Positions 52,935 to 62,866 of a DNA stretch of 64,000 nt are shown piece by piece. The DNA lies in NCBI GenBank assembly GCA_963704165.1, contig CAVPHD010000004.1, positions 160,001 to 224,000 on the forward strand. Direction: 5' to 3'. The position numbers were made by a program, and so were the translations under genes. Within the stretch, counting starts at the first letter, position 1, and each line of letters opens with the position of its first letter. The notes beneath the pieces were generated by a model. It was not told the DNA's origin, made no database searches, and worked only from the letters and a program-made list of their open reading frames with translations. Origin of the DNA: an uncultured delta proteobacterium. Lineage in GTDB: Bacteria > Myxococcota_A > UBA9160 > SZUA-336.

Positions 52935-54617
52935 ATGCGCCATCTCGCAACGAATCGCACCCACTCTTTCGAACGAGCCCTCGCCCTGACGGCGCGAGTG
53001 CTCGGGTGCGTGCTCGCGATCGCGATCCTGGCGGGGTCCGCGTTTGCGGCCGAGCCCGCCAAGACCCCGGCGGTGGTCAAGCAGCCGGTGCCGAAGCTCA
53101 CCCCTGCCGAGCTCGCGGAGGGCACGCAGATCTACTTCGATCGCTGTGCGGGCTGCCATGGAACGCTTCGCAAGGGCGCGACCGGACCGAAGATCGACGA
53201 CGAGGCGATGCTCGAGAAGACTCTTTCGAAGCTCGAGGAAGTCATTCACGACGGCACCGACGCCGGCATGCCGGGCTGGGGCCGCACCGGCGAGATGACC
53301 GCGGCGCAGACCAAGCTGATGGCGAAGTTCCTGCAGAACCCGCCTCCGATTCCGCCCGAGATGAGCCTCGCGGACATGAAGAAGAGCCACAAAGTCTACG
53401 TGCCCGTCGACAAGCGGCCGACGAAGCCGCAGCACAAGTACGACGTGGACGAGCTCTTCGGCGTGATTCTGCGCGACGCGGGCAAGGGCGCGATCATCGA
53501 CGGCAAGAGCAAGGAGCTCATGACCGTCGTCGACACCGGCTTCGCGGTCCACATCTTCCGCTCGTCGGGGACCGGCCGCTACTTCTACACGATCGGCCGC
53601 GACGGCAAGGTGAGCCTGATCGACCTGTTCGCAGCCAAGCCCACCGTGGTCGCCGAGGTTCGAACTTGTTCCGACGCGCGCAGCGTCGAGGTTTCGAAGT
53701 ACAAGGGTCCGAAGGGCGACTTCGTCGACAAGCTCGCGATCGTCGGCTGCTACTGGCCGCCGCAGCTCGTGATCCTCGACGGGCAGACGCTCGAGCCCAA
53801 GAAGGTCATCTCCACCCGATCGATGACCTACGACACCAACGAGTACCACCCCGAGCCGCGCGTTGCGACGATCATCGCTTCGCACTTCGACACGGAGTGG
53901 GTCATCGCGATCAAGGAGACGGGTCTCGTCTGGCTGCTCGACTACTCGGACCTCGTCAACGTCAAGATGCACCAGATCGAGACCGAGCGGTTCCTCCACG
54001 ACGGCGGATGGGACGCGACGAAGCGCTACCTGCTGATCGCCGCCAACATGCGCGACCAGATGGTCGTCGTGGATACGAAGGAGAAGAAGTTCGTCACCAA
54101 GTTCGAGACCGGCGTGAAGCCCCATCCCGGGCGTGGCGCGAACTGGGACGATCCGGAGTTCGGTCCGGTGAGCGCGACCACGCACCTCGGCGAGGGGAAG
54201 ATCACGGTCTACGGATCCGACCCCGCGGGTCATCCGCAGCACGCGTGGAAGATCGTGCGTGAGCAGGAGACGGCGGGTCCGGGTCTCTTCCTCAAGACCC
54301 ACCCGAAGAGCGAGAACGTCTGGACCGACGCGACCTTCGCGAAGGACGGCAACTCGAATCAGACGATCTGTGTCTTCAAGAAGAAGAGCTTCGACGACGG
54401 CGCCCAGTGTTTCGAGGCGACCAAGCACGGGAAGATCGTGCACTTCGAGTACAACAAGGCCGGCGACGAGGTCTGGGCGTCCGTCTGGGACAGGAAGGGC
54501 GTGCTGATCGTCTACGACGACAAGACGCTCGAGGAGAAGGCTCGGATCGAGGCGGACTGGCTGGTGACTCCCACCGGGAAGTGGAACGTCTACAACACCG
54601 TTCACGACGTCTACTGA
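52935..54617 (+). CDS. nirS: Cytochrome cd1 nitrite reductase
   Basis: Signal peptide, YFDRCAGCHG.LRKGATG, ILRDAG, TGFAVHI.R.S, YHPEPRVA.I.ASH, FLHDGGWD, PHPGRGAN, LFLKTHP and TPTGKWNVYNT.HDVY. Confidence 0.97.
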   Translation: MRHLATNRTHSFERALALTARVLGCVLAIAILAGSAFAAEPAKTPAVVKQPVPKLTPAELAEGTQIYFDRCAGCHGTLRKGATGPKIDDEAMLEKTLSKLEEVIHDGTDAGMPGWGRTGEMTAAQTKLMAKFLQNPPPIPPEMSLADMKKSHKVYVPVDKRPTKPQHKYDVDELFGVILRDAGKGAIIDGKSKELMTVVDTGFAVHIFRSSGTGRYFYTIGRDGKVSLIDLFAAKPTVVAEVRTCSDARSVEVSKYKGPKGDFVDKLAIVGCYWPPQLVILDGQTLEPKKVISTRSMTYDTNEYHPEPRVATIIASHFDTEWVIAIKETGLVWLLDYSDLVNVKMHQIETERFLHDGGWDATKRYLLIAANMRDQMVVVDTKEKKFVTKFETGVKPHPGRGANWDDPEFGPVSATTHLGEGKITVYGSDPAGHPQHAWKIVREQETAGPGLFLKTHPKSENVWTDATFAKDGNSNQTICVFKKKSFDDGAQCFEATKHGKIVHFEYNKAGDEVWASVWDRKGVLIVYDDKTLEEKARIEADWLVTPTGKWNVYNTVHDVY

Positions 54618-54632
54618 TCGGAGGAAGGATTC

Positions 54633-55242
54633 ATGCAGCGTCTCCTGATCGCGGTCGTATCCGCGTGCGTCTTGGGTCTCGTATCGGGACCGGCGCACGC
54701 GGACGGAAAGAAGCCCCACCAGTTCGCCGGGGCCGTGAAGTGCCGGTCCTGCCACGAGAAGGACGAGATCGGAAACCAGTACGGGAAGTGGCTGGACTCG
54801 AAGCACGCAAAAGCTTGGAGCACGCTCGCGTCCGACAAGGCGAAGGAGTGGGGCAAGAAGCGGGGGATCGACGATCCCCAGGCTTCCGACAAGTGCGTCA
54901 AGTGCCACGTTGCCGCGCACGGCGAGCCCAAGCCGCGTCTCAGCATGAAGTACTCCCCCAAGGAGGGCGTGACCTGCGAGGCGTGCCACGGCCCGGGAAG
55001 CGACTACCGGAAGAAGAAGATCATGATGAACCAGGACGAGGCGGTGAAGAGGGGCCTCGATCCTGCAGACCGAGAAGGTCTGTCTGACCTGCCACAACGA
55101 CGAGAGCCCGGCTTGGGATCCCGCACGCTACAAGCTGGCCGGCGGCAAGACGGCGGGGTTCGACTACGAGCAGGCGAAGAAGGCGATCGCTCATCCCGTG
55201 CCCGAGGGGTACGACCCCTCGAAGGACAGCGGGGACGAGTAG
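54633..55242 (+). CDS. Periplasmic tetraheme cytochrome c (c554-like); apparent frameshift near 55065
   Basis: CRSCH, W..SKHAKA, CVKCH, EGVTCEACHGPGS and, after the shift, CLTCH..ESP...FDY...IAHP. Confidence 0.85.
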
Positions 55243-55267
55243 AGAATGCTGGACGAGGAGGGGCACG

Positions 55268-55899
55268 GTGAAGAGCTCGGGTAAGCGCGTTCTAGCCGCG
55301 ACCTGGACGGTCCTCGGCGGAGCTCTCGTCACCGTCCTCATGCTCTTCACGCTCCAGTGCTCCCACGACAAGGACGGGAGTCGCAGCGACTACCCGAGTC
55401 GCACTACTTCCACCCGAGCCCGCGCCCGTGCTCCTGGCCAGCCCCGAGCCGAGCGACGACTACTTTCCCTGCAGCGACTGCCACGACGAGACCATGAAGA
55501 CCAATCGAGCGCGCCGCGATGCTCGAGGACGATCACGACGATCTCGAGGCTCGCTCACGGAGATCTCTGGTGCCTGCAGTGCCACGTCGGCCGAGGACCG
55601 CGACTTGCTGCACCTCTCCGACGACACGGCCGTCGAGTTCGGGGAATCCTGGAAGCTCTGCACGCAGTGCCACGGAAAGAAACTCGCGGATTGGCAGGCG
55701 GGAGTGCACGGAAAGCGCACCGGTCACTGGTGGGGGCCGAAGGAGTACCGGACCTGCGTCTCCTGCCACGATCCTCACTCGCCGCGCATTCAAGGGAATC
55801 GAGCCGCGACCGCGGCCCCGGCGACCGGAAGAGATCCGCCGCGCGGCCGCCGTCGCCGAGGAAGCGCGTCCGCAGGAGGTCTCCGATGAAATCCGATGA
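55268..55899 (+). CDS. Membrane-anchored multiheme cytochrome c (4 CxxCH); several apparent indels
   Basis: N-terminal TM. CSDCH, WCLQCH, LCTQCHG....W..GVHGKRTG.W and CVSCHDPHSP, spread across frames. Confidence 0.8.
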
Positions 55900-56820
55900 T
55901 CGCGACGCGCCGCTCGACGCGAAGGGAGCCTCCCGGCGCAAGTTCCTGCGCACCGCAGTCGCGGGAGCGGCGGCGGTCACGGGGGTTGGCGCGCTCACCG
56001 GCTGCGAGTTCGACCTCGAGAGCGTGCTGCAGAGGCCATTTCCGCGAGATGTCGCGCGCGGATCTCGACCGGGTCCTCGAGCGGCTCCAGAAGAAGTACT
56101 CCACGCGTTACGGCGAAGGACGTGAAGGTCACCGCGACCGGGCCGATCGACGGGGTCGTCTTCGGCTACGGCCTCGACATCTCGCGCTGCGTCGGCTGTC
56201 GCAAGTGCGTGTACGCCTGCGTGGACGAGAACAACCAGTCGCGGGATCCGCAGATCCAATGGATCCGCGTCCTCGAGTTCGAGCGCGACCAGGTGATCCG
56301 CGGGATCAACCTCGAGGACGGCAACCCCTACTACGAGCACGAGCAGGTTCCCGCGGAGGACAAGATGTACCTCCCCGTCGCCTGCCAGCACTGCGACGAC
56401 TCTCCGTGCACGCAGGTCTGCCCGACGGGGGCGACGTGGATGGAGCCCGACGGAATCGTCGTGATCGACTACGACTGGTGCATCGGCTGCCGCTACTGCA
56501 TGGCGGCTTGCCCGTACGGCGCGCGCAAGTTCAACTGGGGCGAGCCGAATCTCCCCGCCGACGAGGTGAATCCGGACATGCACCTCCTCGGCAATCGCCC
56601 CCGGGCGCGGGGCGTCGTCGAGAAGTGCAGCTTCTGCATCCAGCGCGTGCGCGACGGGCGCTACCCCGCATGCCTAGAGGCGTGTCCGGTGGGCGCGCGG
56701 AAGTTCGGAAATCTCCTCGACCCGAACAGCGAGATCCGGCAGCTGCTCGCGACCAAGCGCACGTTCGTGCTCAAAGCCGAGCTCGAGACCCATCCCAAGT
56801 TCTTCTACTTCTGGGGCTGA
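55886..56820 (+). CDS. Tat-exported multi-[4Fe-4S] protein (NrfC/DsrO-like); apparent indels near 56040 and 56120
   Basis: Twin-arginine motif SRRKFL. CVGCRKCVYAC, CQHCDDSPCTQVCP, CIGCRYCMAACPYGAR and KCSFC...PAC..ACP. Confidence 0.9.
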
Positions 56821-56824
56821 TTCG

Positions 56825-58049
56825 ATGAACTCGGTTCTCCACTTCTGGCGCTTCATCGACGGCAGCGCGCGCGTGGTGGCGCGCGGCAATGCCGCGGCTA
56901 CTACGCGTGGCTCGGTCTCCTCGTGGCGGCTGATCGTGATCGGCGTCCTCGCATTCGGAAACCAGACTCAGAACGGCCTGATCGTCTCGAACATGCGCGA
57001 TCAGGTCTCCTGGGGCTTCTACATCGGGAACTTCGCCTTCCTCGTCGGTGTGGCCGCGGCGGCGGTCATCCTGGTGATTCCCGCCTACGTGTACAGGTGG
57101 GGACCGATCAAGGAGGTGGTGATCCTCGGCGAGATCCTCGCGGTCTCCGCGATCATCATGTGCATGCTCTTCGTCGCGATCGACGTCGGACGCCCCGACC
57201 GGTTCTGGCACCTGTTTCCTGGTGCCGGGACGCCGCACTTCCCCAGCTCGCTGCTGGTCTGGGACATCCTCGTCCTGAACGTCTACTTCGTGATCAACTT
57301 GTTCGTCGTCACCTACCTCGTCTTCAAGAGCTACATGGGCCAGCAGTACAACGTCGTCGTTCATCATGCCGGTGATCTTCCTCTCGATCCCGTTGGCGGT
57401 CGAGCATTCACACCGTGACCGCGTTCCTGTTCATGGGGCTGAAGTCGCGGCCGTTCTGGAACAGCGCGATCCTCGCGCCGCGCTTCCTCGCGAGCGCGTT
57501 CTGCTCCGGCCCGGCGCTGATGGTCCTGATCTTCTCGATGCTTCGGTCGGTTCGCCCGATTCCGATCTCCGGACACGGCGCTGCGAAAGATCGGCGAGCT
57601 GCTTGCCTACGCGATGGCGGCCAACCTGTTCTTCCTCGGCTGCGAGGTCTTCCGCGAGTTCTACTCGGCCAGCGCTCACTCGGTCCACGCCGAGTTCCAG
57701 TGGTTCGGGATCGAGGAGCGCGGAATCGCCGGCTACACGTGGTTCGCGCTCGCCTGCAACTCCATCGCGTTCGTGATCTTCCTGGTCCCCGCGCTGCGCG
57801 ACCGCATCCGGACCTCTGAGCGTGGGCTGTGCGCTCGCGGTGATGGGGGTCTTCATCGAGAAGGGCCTGGGACTTCTGCTCCCCGGGCTCACACCCGACG
57901 CGCTCGGCGAGGTCTACCACTACACCCCGAGCGTGAACGAGGTGCTCGTCGGCCTCGGGATCTGGGCCATCGGGGCGCTCTGCTTCACGCTGATGACGAA
58001 GGTCTCCATCGCCATCACGCTCGGCGAGTTCCGCCACCAGAAGACCTGA
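56825..58049 (+). CDS. NrfD/PsrC/DsrP-family quinol-interacting membrane subunit; several apparent indels
   Basis: MRDQVSWGFYIGNF.FLVGVAAAAV, DVGRPDRFWH, SLLVWD, IHTVTAFL, RPFWNSAILAPRFLASAF.SGPAL, IEKG.GL..PG and YTPS..E. Confidence 0.88.
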
Positions 58050-58104
58050 AGCTCGTCGGGTCGCGCAAGGTCGTCTCCGACCGCGACCTGCCTTCTCGAA
58101 GCAG

Positions 58105-58536
58105 CTACTTCGGTCCCGGGAGCGTGCGCACGAAGGCGACCATTCCCCAGATCTTCTCGTCGCTCCACGACTTGTCGGAGCCGGGGCCGAAGGCGGGCAT
58201 CTGCGAGCGCGGTGCGCCGCCCTTGAGGATCTGCCAGAAGAGCTGTCCGTCGGTTCGAGTTCCCATGTACGCGGAATCGGTGAGATCGACCGGTGGAACG
58301 GCTTGCCCCGTGGCCTCGTCGCCTCCGCCGTCGCCATTCGCACCGTGACAGCGCGCGCAGTTTGCCTTGAACTGTTTTGCGAAATAGGCCTGCTTCTTCG
58401 CGTCGAGCACGACCGGGTTCGTCGTCGTCGCGATCTCGGGCGGTGTATCGTCGCGCGCCGTCGATGACGATGCGCAGGCGAGAACCGCCACGAAGATCGG
58501 GATCGACAGAAGGCCGGTGATACGAGTCGGGTGCAT
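58105..58536 (-). CDS. Monoheme cytochrome c lipoprotein (NirC/NirM-like role possible)
   Basis: Lipobox VLAC, CARCHG, TDGQLFWQI..G....QMPAF and IWGMVAFVRTL. Confidence 0.85.
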   Translation of the reverse strand: MHPTRITGLLSIPIFVAVLACASSSTARDDTPPEIATTTNPVVLDAKKQAYFAKQFKANCARCHGANGDGGGDEATGQAVPPVDLTDSAYMGTRTDGQLFWQILKGGAPRSQMPAFGPGSDKSWSDEKIWGMVAFVRTLPGPK

Positions 58537-58559
58537 GGGGGCTCCTTCGACGGCGCCTC

Positions 58560-60005
58560 TCAGGGTTCGAGGCGCGTCTTGTTCCAGGCGTTGTACTTCC
58601 CGACCGGCATCGCGAAGGGCAGGCGCGCGACCTCCGCGAGGCTCCGCGAGTCGTAGGCGACGACGGCTCCTTCCGAGTGCCAGACGCTCACGAGTGCACG
58701 GTCTCCCTCCTTGGTGAACTCCGTGTGCATGGCGATCTTGCCGGGCGCCGGCACCAGAGCCTTCGCTCGAAGCTCGAGCGTGTCCTTGCGGACGAGCTGG
58801 ATCGCCTCGGTATTCGTGTCCACCCAGAGAAAAGGCGTCCCCGGGTGCGTGCGCACGAAGTATCCCTCTCCGCGCAGTGCGATCTCCTTCACGACCTCGA
58901 AGCGATCGAGCCGCACGATCGAGAGCCGCGGCGCGCCCGCGTGATTGAACGCGGCGTACGGCACCCCGTCGCGCTCGAAGAAGCACGAGGAGAAGAGGTG
59001 CGGCAATCCCTCCGTCGTCAGGGAACCGGCCTCGGCGCCCCGTTCGAGATCCCACAGGATCAACCGGGTTCCCCCGCGCGAGCTCGCGACGAGCTTCCGC
59101 GTACCGGGAACGAACGCGAAGTCCTCGAAAGGCTCCGGTAGATCGATCTGGCGAATCGAGAGATCGTCGGTGGACAGGAACAGCATTCGCGGTGAGTCGC
59201 GCAGCGTCAGCACGAAGCGGTCCTCGCCCGGCAGCGCGTAGACCGCGCTCGGTTTGCCGTCGAGGGCAAGCGAGGCGAGCGGGCGAAGATCGCCGTCGAG
59301 CACGACGAGAGATGCCGGGAGTTGATTCGCCACGACGACGCGGTCTCCGGCCGCGGAGATCGCGAGATTTCGCGTGTTGGCCGCGACCTTGATCCGTGCG
59401 ACCGGACGCCCGCGCGCGAGGTCGTAGAGAACGACCGTCCCGTCGCGGGTGGCGGCGACGACCTTCGTGAAGGCCGAGTCGAACTTGGGCCCGCCGTGGA
59501 TCTTTCCGGCGTCGAAGCGGTCGAGCTCGCGAAGCGAGTCACCGTCGAGAACGGCGATCCGCCCCGCGTCGCGCTCGACGACGAGGATGATGTTCTCGCG
59601 GTGGACCTCGGATGAAATCCTGTCCGCGTTGGCGGAAAACTCGGTCCGGCTTCGCGCGGCATCCTCGGTTCCCCAGGTGACCGACTCGACCGGTGTTCGC
59701 ATGAACGCGACCAGGCGCGCGGTCGTCGATTCGTCGACGACCGCGCGGAACGGCGGCATCTGGGTCGCGGGAAGTCCGTCGCGGATCACGGCGGCGAGCG
59801 TCGCGTCGTCCCTGCGTGCGAGTAGGTCCGGAAGCAGAGGCGGCGCGTAGCCGCCGTAACGGCGCTCTCCGTGACACGACGCGCAATGCTCCTGGTAGAC
59901 CGTGGCGGCCTCGGGCGTGTCCGCGGCGTGCGCGGGCGCGACGGGGATGAGCGTGAGGGACGACGAGATCCATCCGAGTAGGAGCAGCGCATTCACGTGG
60001 GGCAT
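58560..60005 (-). CDS. nirN: NirN-like cytochrome c + d1-type beta-propeller protein (heme d1 maturation)
   Basis: YQEHCASCHG.RR.GG..PPLLP, GLPATQMP.F, VVER, IHGGPKF, ATRDG, NTRNLAIS, YFVRTH, HTEFT and PVGKYNAWNK. Confidence 0.85.
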   Translation of the reverse strand: MPHVNALLLLGWISSSLTLIPVAPAHAADTPEAATVYQEHCASCHGERRYGGYAPPLLPDLLARRDDATLAAVIRDGLPATQMPPFRAVVDESTTARLVAFMRTPVESVTWGTEDAARSRTEFSANADRISSEVHRENIILVVERDAGRIAVLDGDSLRELDRFDAGKIHGGPKFDSAFTKVVAATRDGTVVLYDLARGRPVARIKVAANTRNLAISAAGDRVVVANQLPASLVVLDGDLRPLASLALDGKPSAVYALPGEDRFVLTLRDSPRMLFLSTDDLSIRQIDLPEPFEDFAFVPGTRKLVASSRGGTRLILWDLERGAEAGSLTTEGLPHLFSSCFFERDGVPYAAFNHAGAPRLSIVRLDRFEVVKEIALRGEGYFVRTHPGTPFLWVDTNTEAIQLVRKDTLELRAKALVPAPGKIAMHTEFTKEGDRALVSVWHSEGAVVAYDSRSLAEVARLPFAMPVGKYNAWNKTRLEP

Positions 60006-60165
60006 TGTAGCGAGGTGCATCCGGTCAGCGATCCGCTCTCGCGCCGCCGTCGTACCCACGGGCTCGCTCGGGCGAGGCGGTCGTCGCTCCTGCGCGGAGG
60101 CGAGCAGGGATCGGAAATCCGTGCCTCCGAAATGACACACTCTCGTTCCGGTTGGAGGCGACGAG

Positions 60166-61650
60166 ATGTCCGAGCCGAGCAAGACCCGTCCGACGCGACC
60201 CCGACGGCTCGCGGCCGTCGACCGCTGGGACATCGAGACCGACGTCGCGGTGATCGGCTTCGGTGGTGCCGGAGCGTGCGCCGCCATCGAGGCGCACGAT
60301 GCGGGAGCGGCGACGATCCTCTTCGAGCTCGCCAGTGCCGCGGGTGGATCGACGGCGCTGTCGAGCGCGGAGATCTACATGGGCGGGAACGGCGGCACGC
60401 GAGTCCAGCGCGCCTGCGGATACCAGGACTCCACGGAGGACATGTACCGCTACCTGATGCTCGCCGGCGGCGAGCAGGTCGACGAGGCCAAGGTGCGGAC
60501 GTACTGCGACGGCAGCGTCGATCACTTCGACTGGCTGGTCGCCTGTGGGGTTCCCTACAAGGACAGCGAGTACAGAGAGCGCGCGATCATGGCGCTGAAC
60601 GACGACTGCCTGCTCTACACGGGAAACGAAAAGGCGTGGCCCTTCAGCGCAGTCGCCGCGCCCTGTCCTCGCGGGCACAACCTCCAGGTCGAGGGTGACA
60701 ACGGCGGCCCTCTGCTGATGAAGATCCTCGGCGAGAACGTCGTCGAGCGCGGCATTCGGGTCGAGTACGACGCACGCGCCCTGACCCTGATCGCCGACGA
60801 AGACAATCAGGTGCACGGCGTCGTCGTCCGCATCGACCAGCGGGAGCTCAACGTCCGGGCTCGTCGGGGCGTGGTGCTCTGCGCCGGCGGCTTCGTGATG
60901 AACCCGTCGATGCTGAAGAAGTACGCTCCAATGCTGCTGCGAGGAAGCATGCCGATCGGAAATCCGGGCGATACCGGCTCCGGCATCCTGATGGGCATGG
61001 GCGTCGGGGCCGCGACGATCAACATGCACGAGGGCTTCATCAGCATCCCCTTCTACCCACCCGCCGCGACCACGTTCGGCATCTTGATCAACGCGCGGGG
61101 GCAACGTTTCATCAACGAGGATTGCTACCACGGACGGGTCGGCTGGCATCTGCTCCACCAGATCGGGGATCGTTTCTACTTCGTTCTCAGCGCCGAAGGT
61201 TTCAAGCGACCTTCGTTCCTGAACGCCGACATCGCGGGAACCGGTGAGACGATCGCCGAGCTGGCCGAAGAGCTCGGTCTCGATGCGGAGGAGCTCGGTC
61301 ACACCGTCGAGTTCTACAACCGTCATGCGGAGCAGGGCGTCGATCCGCTGTTTCACAAACACCGGGACTGGTTGAAGCCGATCGAGCCCCCGTACGTCGC
61401 GCTCGATTGCACACCCGGACGCGGCGTGATCATCCCGTACTTCACGCTGGGCGGGCTCGACACCCTGCCGACCGGAGAGGCCCTGACGGGCGAACGCGAG
61501 CCGATCCCGGGCCTCTACGCAGCGGGGCGCACGACCGCGGGACTTCCCCGGACCGGCTCCGGCTACAGCAGCGGAATGTCCGTAGGCGACGTCACGTTCT
61601 TCGGAAGAATGGCGGGCCGGGCGGCGGGACAGGCCCCACGTCGCGGCTGA
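60166..61650 (+). CDS. FAD-dependent oxidoreductase, 3-ketosteroid dehydrogenase / FAD_binding_2 family
   Basis: WD.ETDVAVIGFGGAGACAAIEA, GGSTALS, GGTRVQ.ACG, LLYTGNE, VVLCAGGF, GQRFINED.YH, FTLGGL, GLYAAG and YSSGMS.GD.TFFGR.AG. Confidence 0.82.
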   Translation: MSEPSKTRPTRPRRLAAVDRWDIETDVAVIGFGGAGACAAIEAHDAGAATILFELASAAGGSTALSSAEIYMGGNGGTRVQRACGYQDSTEDMYRYLMLAGGEQVDEAKVRTYCDGSVDHFDWLVACGVPYKDSEYRERAIMALNDDCLLYTGNEKAWPFSAVAAPCPRGHNLQVEGDNGGPLLMKILGENVVERGIRVEYDARALTLIADEDNQVHGVVVRIDQRELNVRARRGVVLCAGGFVMNPSMLKKYAPMLLRGSMPIGNPGDTGSGILMGMGVGAATINMHEGFISIPFYPPAATTFGILINARGQRFINEDCYHGRVGWHLLHQIGDRFYFVLSAEGFKRPSFLNADIAGTGETIAELAEELGLDAEELGHTVEFYNRHAEQGVDPLFHKHRDWLKPIEPPYVALDCTPGRGVIIPYFTLGGLDTLPTGEALTGEREPIPGLYAAGRTTAGLPRTGSGYSSGMSVGDVTFFGRMAGRAAGQAPRRG

Positions 61651-61672
61651 GGCCGTGGGCTATGCTGCCACC

Positions 61673-62866
61673 ATGCTCCCCGTCAGCGATTTGCTCGAGG
61701 TCGCGCGCCGGTCCGTTTCCGGAACCGACGTCGGTGCGCGCGCGCCCGCGCGGTTCGCGCCCCCCGGCGATGTGCCGTTCGTCGTGGTCTGGAACATCGG
61801 CATCCACTGCAACATGAGCTGTCCGCACTGCTATGCGGCTGCGACCTCGCGGCCCTCCCCGCACGACCTCGATACGAACGAAGGTCTCCGACTGCTCGAG
61901 CAGATGGCCGAGGCAGGCGTTCGCGTGCTGATCGCGAGCGGTGGCGAGCCGCTGCTGCGGCCGGACGTCTTCACGCTCCTCGCTCACGCTCGCGATGTCG
62001 GCCTCTCGCCGCAGTTGTCCACCAACGGTGTGCTGATCGACGAGGAGATCGCGGGCCGTCTCGCCGCCTGCGGCGTCGGGTACGTGGGCGTCAGCCTCGA
62101 CGGACTGCGCGACTGGAACGACGAGTACCGCGGGCTCGCCGGGGGTTTCGATCGCGCGGTCGCCGGCCTCGGGTTCGCGCGGGCCGCGGGCATGCGGACG
62201 GGCGTGCGCATGACCCTCACGCGGCGCAACGTCGATCAGCTCGACGGAGTCGCCTCGATCGCGGTCGAGTGCGGTGCCGACCGCTTCTACGTCTCGCACC
62301 TGGTCGATTCGGGTCGAGGCGCGAAGCTCGTGGGCGACGATCTCGATCGGGGCGAGGGTCGCGAGATGCTCGGGATCCTCTTCGAAACCGCCGAGCGTTG
62401 GCTCGATCGTGGCTGCGCGACGCGCGTCGTGACCGGATCGAACGATTCCGATGGTCCCTTCCTGCTGCGCTGGATCGAAGCGCGTTACGGCGCGGAGGCC
62501 GCCGGTCCGGTCGAGAAGCTCCTGCTCGAGCGCGGCGGCAACTCCGCCGGAGAGCGCATCTTGTCCGTCGATCATCGCGGGCGCGTCCATCCCGATCAGT
62601 TCTGGCGCTCGGCGGTGCTCGGCGAAGTGCGAACGACTCCGTTCGCGGAGATCCTCAAGCATCCGCTGCGCGAGCAGCTTCGCAATCGACTCGCGCACCT
62701 CGAGGGCCGTTGCGGTGCGTGCGGCTATCGCGCGCTCTGCCGCGGCTCGCACCGCGAGCGCGCGATCGCGCGTCACGGCGAGCTCTGGTCGCCGGATCCA
62801 GCGTGCGTCCTCGAGGATCACGAGATCGGCGTAGAGGAAGTTTCGGTCGGAGAGGTGCGCGCATGA
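61673..62866 (+). CDS. nirJ: Heme d1 biosynthesis radical SAM protein
   Basis: VVVWN...CNMSCPHCY, SGGEPLLRPD, YVGVSLDG, GVRMTLT, FYVSHLV.SGRG, VTGSNDSDG, GGNSAG, VHPD.FW and SPASM Cys CGAC....CRG..R.RA...DPAC. Confidence 0.88.
   Translation: MLPVSDLLEVARRSVSGTDVGARAPARFAPPGDVPFVVVWNIGIHCNMSCPHCYAAATSRPSPHDLDTNEGLRLLEQMAEAGVRVLIASGGEPLLRPDVFTLLAHARDVGLSPQLSTNGVLIDEEIAGRLAACGVGYVGVSLDGLRDWNDEYRGLAGGFDRAVAGLGFARAAGMRTGVRMTLTRRNVDQLDGVASIAVECGADRFYVSHLVDSGRGAKLVGDDLDRGEGREMLGILFETAERWLDRGCATRVVTGSNDSDGPFLLRWIEARYGAEAAGPVEKLLLERGGNSAGERILSVDHRGRVHPDQFWRSAVLGEVRTTPFAEILKHPLREQLRNRLAHLEGRCGACGYRALCRGSHRERAIARHGELWSPDPACVLEDHEIGVEEVSVGEVRA

Noticed and set aside
55886..58049. Sulfate-reduction DsrOP or nitrite-ammonification Nrf system
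   Set aside because: No dsrMKJ/dsrAB and no nrfA (CxxCK) are in the window, so only the family assignment is supported.
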